From positions 7,497,812 to 7,561,811 of the forward strand of contig NC_092675.1 of NCBI RefSeq assembly GCF_964355755.1: a stretch of 64,000 nt of DNA, written 5' to 3'. A program made the position numbers and the translations under genes. The notes under the pieces were generated by a model. That model was not told the origin of the DNA. It did not search any database and saw only the letters and a list, made by a program, of their open reading frames with translations. Shown piece after piece: positions 59,901 to 64,000 of the stretch; within the stretch, counting starts at the first letter, position 1; every line of letters begins with the position of its first letter. Origin of the DNA: Antedon mediterranea (Eukaryota; Animalia; Echinodermata).

Positions 59901-62900
59901 GGTCTAACTAGTGATGAATACACAATTACTCTTCTAAATTGACGGCAATAACGACAAAGGCGATGGAAATCACATATCGATATCACAAAGATTATGGTAT
60001 ATTTATGACAATTCAGATAATTATACCTAGTGTTAGTGTCGTTGAAGGCATCAATGACGTCCACAGTGAAAATGGTGAGGACAATGATGATGGATCGTGT
60101 TAGTACTCAATACCATGGTAGTAACATGTATTATTCTTTATTCTTTATTAATTTAGCCGAGCATCCGAACTCGTTACTATTTTACCTTTACGTTGCAAGC
60201 ATCATGTGCTATATTAGCCATTAGCTGTGCACAAGCTTTATGCGATAACATCGGTAGTACGTGATAACATCGGTATCCCCAATGCACGATATCCATATTA
60301 CCAATGTGATACGTGATATCCGATGTAGTATTCGATAAAATCGGTATCAAACATCAAACACAATAACAAATCCCAATGTATTCGTGCACGATCGGTACAC
60401 AATAATAATATCAGTAAACCCAATGTTGTAGGCATACACGATAATATCGGCACAGGCCCAATGCGGTAGGCCTACACGATATTTATTTCGGTATACCAAA
60501 TTCAGCCCCAAGTCTGAATTTCATTGTCTTTTTTTCATTTATTTGTTTTTATTTCGATTTTTTTCTAAAAATACAAGCTCAAGTAGTATACGTATGAAAC
60601 GCCATATGTTCCAAAATATTTATCTTTTTACTAATATTAAGACAAAACCACGATGCGATCGGTATACCCTCAATACAGCACACAATATTATCGACGCTTG
60701 ATACATGTGTTTATCTACAACGTGTGAAAGAACTAAGAGCAAAGCACTTGTCCACACGTCTGTACCAAAGATAGTGTAAACGATCACTATCGGGAAAACA
60801 TGGCCATTTTAAAGCAATTTATATCTTGAGATTCAATTTCCGTATATTCACACTTTCTCGTTAGCTTGTTTTCACACATGGTAGGCCTACTGTAATATGA
60901 AATTATACGGTATGGTAATATATTAATTGATTATTTAGAGAAGATGCAATAACTTCTACTATAATAATTGTTGTTCTACATATAGGCATGGGTATTCCTC
61001 GTTCTGATGCTGTTCTGTGGATTCATCGCTGACTTCATTATAGGTTTATGTATCGGTTGTAGAAAATGTAAGTCATCTTATTCTAATTCACTGTGCTGTA
61101 TCTGAAACGTCCGTAATACAGCATCTTACTGTGTATCACATGGTGTATCATGAATGATGGGAGTATAGTGTCGATATGATACAGGTGTCGTATGTGAAAC
61201 AATGTACAGTATCACAAAATTTGCCTTTTGTTTACTGGACAAATTTAGATAAAGTAACGATAATTGGCTAAAAACAATCCCCATGGATTTATTCGCGAAA
61301 ACAGTCGATTTTTATTTCATCTAATTTTATTTCTGTTGACATATTTACTCCGTATATCTGTAATGCATAACATCAGCAGAAATTCATACATAATTCACTG
61401 TAGCCTACTTTAAGTAGATTGTGGATTCATAGCTGTTATTATTTTGTTCAGATATCATTAATTTCATACTACTGTACGTTTCTCGGATGTTGATTTTTTG
61501 TTCGTGTAATTTACAAAGAAGCCTAAAACTGTTTACTTTTGATGTTTTAGTTGAAGGACGAGATGACGAGGAGTCTAGGTTTAAATCATGTTTGTCTTAT
61601 CTGATGGATAAACGCATCCGTGAACATCTCCCAAGTGAACGCGTACACAGTGAGTATAGCAACTTTATTAGGGACATGTATACGTTTTGTGAAAGGGAGG
61701 GGGCGGGGTATCCGTTTAGTAGTAGACCACATAACGAAACCCTAGACTCCTCCCCTTCCAGTCTGTTTTTATTGTTAGTTCACCAGCCAGTTGCCGTTTC
61801 GATTGTTGTTCAAAAATACGAGCTCATGTATTATACGTATGAAAAGCCATTGTTTTACTAATTTCGGTCTAGAACTTAGACTAACCGAAACCCATGAAAA
61901 GAAAGCAAATTGTACATAACGTTACCACATCTCATAGAATAATACCAGGTATACTACTTTGAATGTTATGGATATTCTCATAGTTTCGACTAGTTGTAAT
62001 GTGGCGTTACGTAATATTTAGTTGTAGGTTTACGTTTTCACTTCTCGCATTCAATATATTACGTATGAAATTTAACCAAGTGTGTGCTATACTTTCTTTA
62101 CTCTGATATACGTATTATTTTGAACACTGCCCTCTCTATAGAAAACTTTCCAAACTTATTCATAATCCCTTACCGTGCTGCAGTATTACTGCTTTTATCA
62201 GTCCATGGAGGAAATTCCTCCATGCTCAGCAGTCTAGGCAATTGAAAATTTCCTTAACATAATGTTGTTTACCCCCCTCCCGCCCCCCCACCCAATTTGT
62301 TAATTTTCATTCAACAGCGGAAGCCCGTAAATATAATTTAATGCATTTTAAGTAACAGACAAAAACAACAATTTAAAGCTTTAACCTTTATTAATTTTAG
62401 ATTTAATCATGGCGGCTCATCTTAGATTTACTAATTTTCATTCTTATTTCAGACTTTTCTGACGGTGTTTTTGCCATAGTGGCAACTCTAATTATCCTTG
62501 ATGTCACGTGAGTTATTTTTTAAATTGTACTATTAATTATTGGCAGTAGCAGCATAGGCCTGTTTGTACAGTGTTAGTGTAAAATGTAAAAGGAAATGTT
62601 AGATAGGCCTATAAACGTAAGAAGCACGTGTACGGCAGTATTTCTCATAGGAGCATTGACTAGAACATATCTCTCTGTACAAACGTTTTCCTTTCAAACA
62701 TGCGTACAGTCGTATGGCTTTGTCGGTATCGCCAATGTGTTCTCTTCGTCTACTGCATTTTATTTTCTCCACTGTAGTACTGCCGTTGTGCCAAATTCTG
62801 AAACTTTACAAGTTGACCTGAGGACAACACTGAAGGACGACTCGGAGCTACTACTATCATACGCAGCCACTTACATAACAATAGGTAGGTTAATTAGTCA

Positions 62901-63171
62901 TCAGATAAACATCATTTTGTTTAAATTAAAGATTTTGAAATAAACAAAAAATATTAATGAACTTACTTGCGTGTAGGCTTACCATTTTGCAATATTGTAA
63001 ATGTTTAATCAGGTTCTATAGTTAATTCAGTAGGCCTATTATGTGTGGTGCAATGCATTTATTTTCTGTTCTACCAGATGGCCTACACGGCAAACATAAC
63101 GCATAAAGCTAATTTTCTCTATTCAACTTTCAGGAATGATTTGGTATGTACATTACACCATCTTTAACCAT
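41952..63171 (+). CDS. TMEM175: Endosomal/lysosomal potassium/proton channel TMEM175-like, 3'-partial (continues beyond the window)
   Basis: Exons 41952-42197, 54088-54132, 54522-54616, 57104-57155, 58017-58052, 58660-58743, 59680-59751, about 60157-60253 (donor uncertain), 60986-61067, 61551-61649, 62453-62507, 62778-62884 and 63134-63171. Two RxxxFSD signature motifs (RLCAFSDAVFTIIITIMIVP and ERVHNFSDGVFAIVATLIILDV) and W-x-x-H motifs (IWEEH, IWYVH) show the two-repeat animal architecture. Confidence 0.9.
43505..44170. repeat. Degenerate tandem repeat, about 4 units of 140-166 bp
   Basis: GGGAGAAAT..TGTAC.GTA..GGCCT recurs at 43573, 43713, 43879 and 44039, with a shared ACAACCATAAACAGGCCTA block. 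Confidence 0.8.
45060..46100 (+). pseudogene. Degraded L1/Tx1-clade LINE ORF2 C-terminus (zf-RVT-like)
   Basis: From 45590: VWNNRVNCMKYNTNIAQFNYKLLHRILPRNK*LQIWKLARSFICDNCGISIGNDEQH, i.e. the FxYKLLHRILP..CxxC..E.H pattern with in-frame stops. Boundaries approximate. Confidence 0.6.
47162..47251. mobile_element. Small MITE
   Basis: Inverted ends CCGTTTCCACAG / CTGCGGAAACACGG around TTATCGGTTAAT repeats. Confidence 0.45.
47407..48263 (+). mobile_element. 5'-truncated CR1/L2-group LINE (intact RT C-terminal ORF 47407-48042, 3'UTR, stem-loop and (AAAT)n tail)
   Basis: FKYLGLTFDEQLSWKVHID..LYNALFLSHIDYCSTVWG..LQRVQNRAARLIL..RSFVYYGSSLWNGLP is typical of the L2/Crack/Daphne RT thumb region. The ORF has no stops, suggesting a young insertion. 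Confidence 0.9.
48264..48430 (+). mobile_element. Second retroposon 3' end (T-rich 3'UTR, stem-loop, (AAAAT)n tail)
   Basis: ATCAAACCTGTTAGTAGCG..CGCTGAAGGTTTAGATTAAATAAAATAAAA is homologous to the tail of the 5S-derived SINE at 63180-63265. Confidence 0.6.
49937..50432. repeat. Direct duplication of about 137 bp (49937-50073, 50291-50432) flanking a Deu-SINE fragment
   Basis: TGTTGTTGACTCCTTATCCAATAA..CTCTCTGCATCCAGAA..GCACGAAGGGT.GCAAAT occurs twice. The intervening GGACTATAAACCGTAGG..GTGCACTTTAAAGAACCC is the Deu core. Confidence 0.85.
51010..51147. mobile_element. MITE family B copy
   Basis: TAA-flanked degenerate TIRs CTACACTATCAAAC / GTTTGACAGTGT; body collinear with 5524-5683. Confidence 0.8.
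52380..52675. repeat. Degenerate tandem repeat built from TCGGATCAATTCGGCCAGAAATCTGACAAGC sub-units (about 100-bp higher-order unit)
   Basis: GAGAATTAACGTATTTCTC.TTGCTCGGATCA occurs twice and ATTCGGCCA many times. Confidence 0.75.
54655..56110. repeat. C/A-rich minisatellite (variable unit of about 19-24 bp, CCAACACCACACCCACCCCTTCT) in TMEM175 intron 3
   Basis: About 1.45 kb with almost no G on the + strand; the long low-complexity ORFs are by-products. Confidence 0.95.
56705..56965 (+). mobile_element. tRNA-derived SINE (CORE/MIR-like motif, L2-type tail), near full length
   Basis: A-box GTGGCGCAGTAG, B-box GTTCGAATCC, core TCCTTAGGCAAGATACTT..CCCAGGTGTATAAATGGG, tail AGCGCGTTTCATTAGGCGCTATATGAATAAATAAAT. 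Confidence 0.75.
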
Positions 63172-63179
63172 GTAAGTCC

Positions 63180-63555
63180 TTTTATTTTATTTTATTTTTT
63201 TATTTTTATTTTATTTTATTCAATCGAAACCAACAGCGATAATTACCGCCACTAACAGGTTTGATACAAACAAAGCCAGGAGAGTTTAAAGCACCTTGAT
63301 TGGTCCTGACATTGATCAAGGGCTTCTCTCGTCCAGTGCCCACCTTGACCAGAAGTCTGAGGCAGATACTAGATGCAGGGGCTGCCATAAGAGTCAGCAG
63401 TGCTGATTTCAAATGCCTAACGGGACCCCAGCTCCGTATACAGCACCCGCTATTCCCAGATGGTCTCCCATCTAAGCTCTAACAACCAGGCCCAACGTTG
63501 CTTAACTTCGGTGATCTGACGAGAACCGGTGTTTCAACGTGGTAAAGCCGTAGTT
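63180..63555 (-). mobile_element. 5S rRNA-derived SINE (SINE3-type)
   Basis: Minus strand 63553-63437 reads CTACGGCTTTACCACGTTGAAACACCGGTTCTCGTCAGATCACCGAAGTTAAGCAACG..GATGGGAGACC..GGGAATAGCGGGTGCTGTA (5S-like). It is followed by a unique body of about 170 bp, a LINE-like tail and (AAAAT)n. Confidence 0.85.
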
Positions 63556-63557
63556 AA

Positions 63558-63958
63558 GCTTGGTTCCCACTAGCGACGCAACGTTAAGCGTGGTTCCCAC
63601 TAGCGACGCAACGTAACGCAATCTACGCAACGTAAGAAAATGCCCTTCTAATAATTGTGTTTGCCCCCTACGATGTTTGCAGCACTAGTGCATCGTCGGT
63701 TCCCACTTGTGATTACGCAATATAACACTTTGCGTCGATACGTCGCTGCGTTACGTTGCGTTCTAGTGGGAACCACGCTTAATGCAATCTACGCAACGTA
63801 AGAACATGCCCTTCCAATCATTGTGTTTGCCCCCGCCTGCGTGAAATCAAACCTGCGATTTTTGCAGCACTATTGCGTCGTCGGTTTCCACTTGTGATTA
63901 CGCAATGCAGCACCTTGCGTCGATATGTCGGTGCGTTGCGTTCTAGTGAGAATCACGC
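63558..63958. mobile_element. MITE family A, self-nested (inner copy 63588-63778)
   Basis: Two left TIRs GC(T/G)TGGTTCCCACTAGCGACGC and two right TIRs CTAGTG(G/A)GAA(C/T)CACGC, each bordered by TTAA. Confidence 0.85.
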
Positions 63959-64000
63959 TTAACTATGTAATTTATAGGTCCTTACACAATAGATATTAAA

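Noticed and set aside
63437-63555. Functional 5S rRNA gene
   Set aside because: Has substitutions and a small insertion, no oligo-T terminator, and continues into a body and A-rich tail; better explained as a SINE head.

Overview
AT-rich eukaryotic (animal) genomic DNA, probably from an invertebrate deuterostome such as an echinoderm. This is an inference from the Deu-domain SINEs, the gene repertoire and the abundance of TAGGCCTA. Four intron-containing genes were reconstructed by hand from splice sites and frame continuity: a 5'-partial CDKL2-like kinase (+, 1275-12909), a complete SH2D4A/B-like adaptor (-, 20944-31380), a complete but divergent SPARC-family gene (+, 34703-40770) and a 3'-partial TMEM175-like lysosomal K+/H+ channel (+, 41952 to beyond 63171). 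Introns are full of MITEs (Harbinger-, piggyBac-, Tc1/mariner-, hAT- and CACTA-like), SINEs, LINE remnants and minisatellites. Most notable: a Penelope-type minimal hammerhead ribozyme; a 5S-rRNA-derived SINE and a Deu-SINE whose 3' tails each match a LINE-type 3' end in the same window; a foldback element built around a tRNA-like core; pervasive TA-NNN(N)-TA motifs that look like excision footprints; and a SPARC paralogue with a remodelled collagen-binding site. Everything was read by eye. No database searches were run, and repeat boundaries are approximate unless TIRs or TSDs are quoted.
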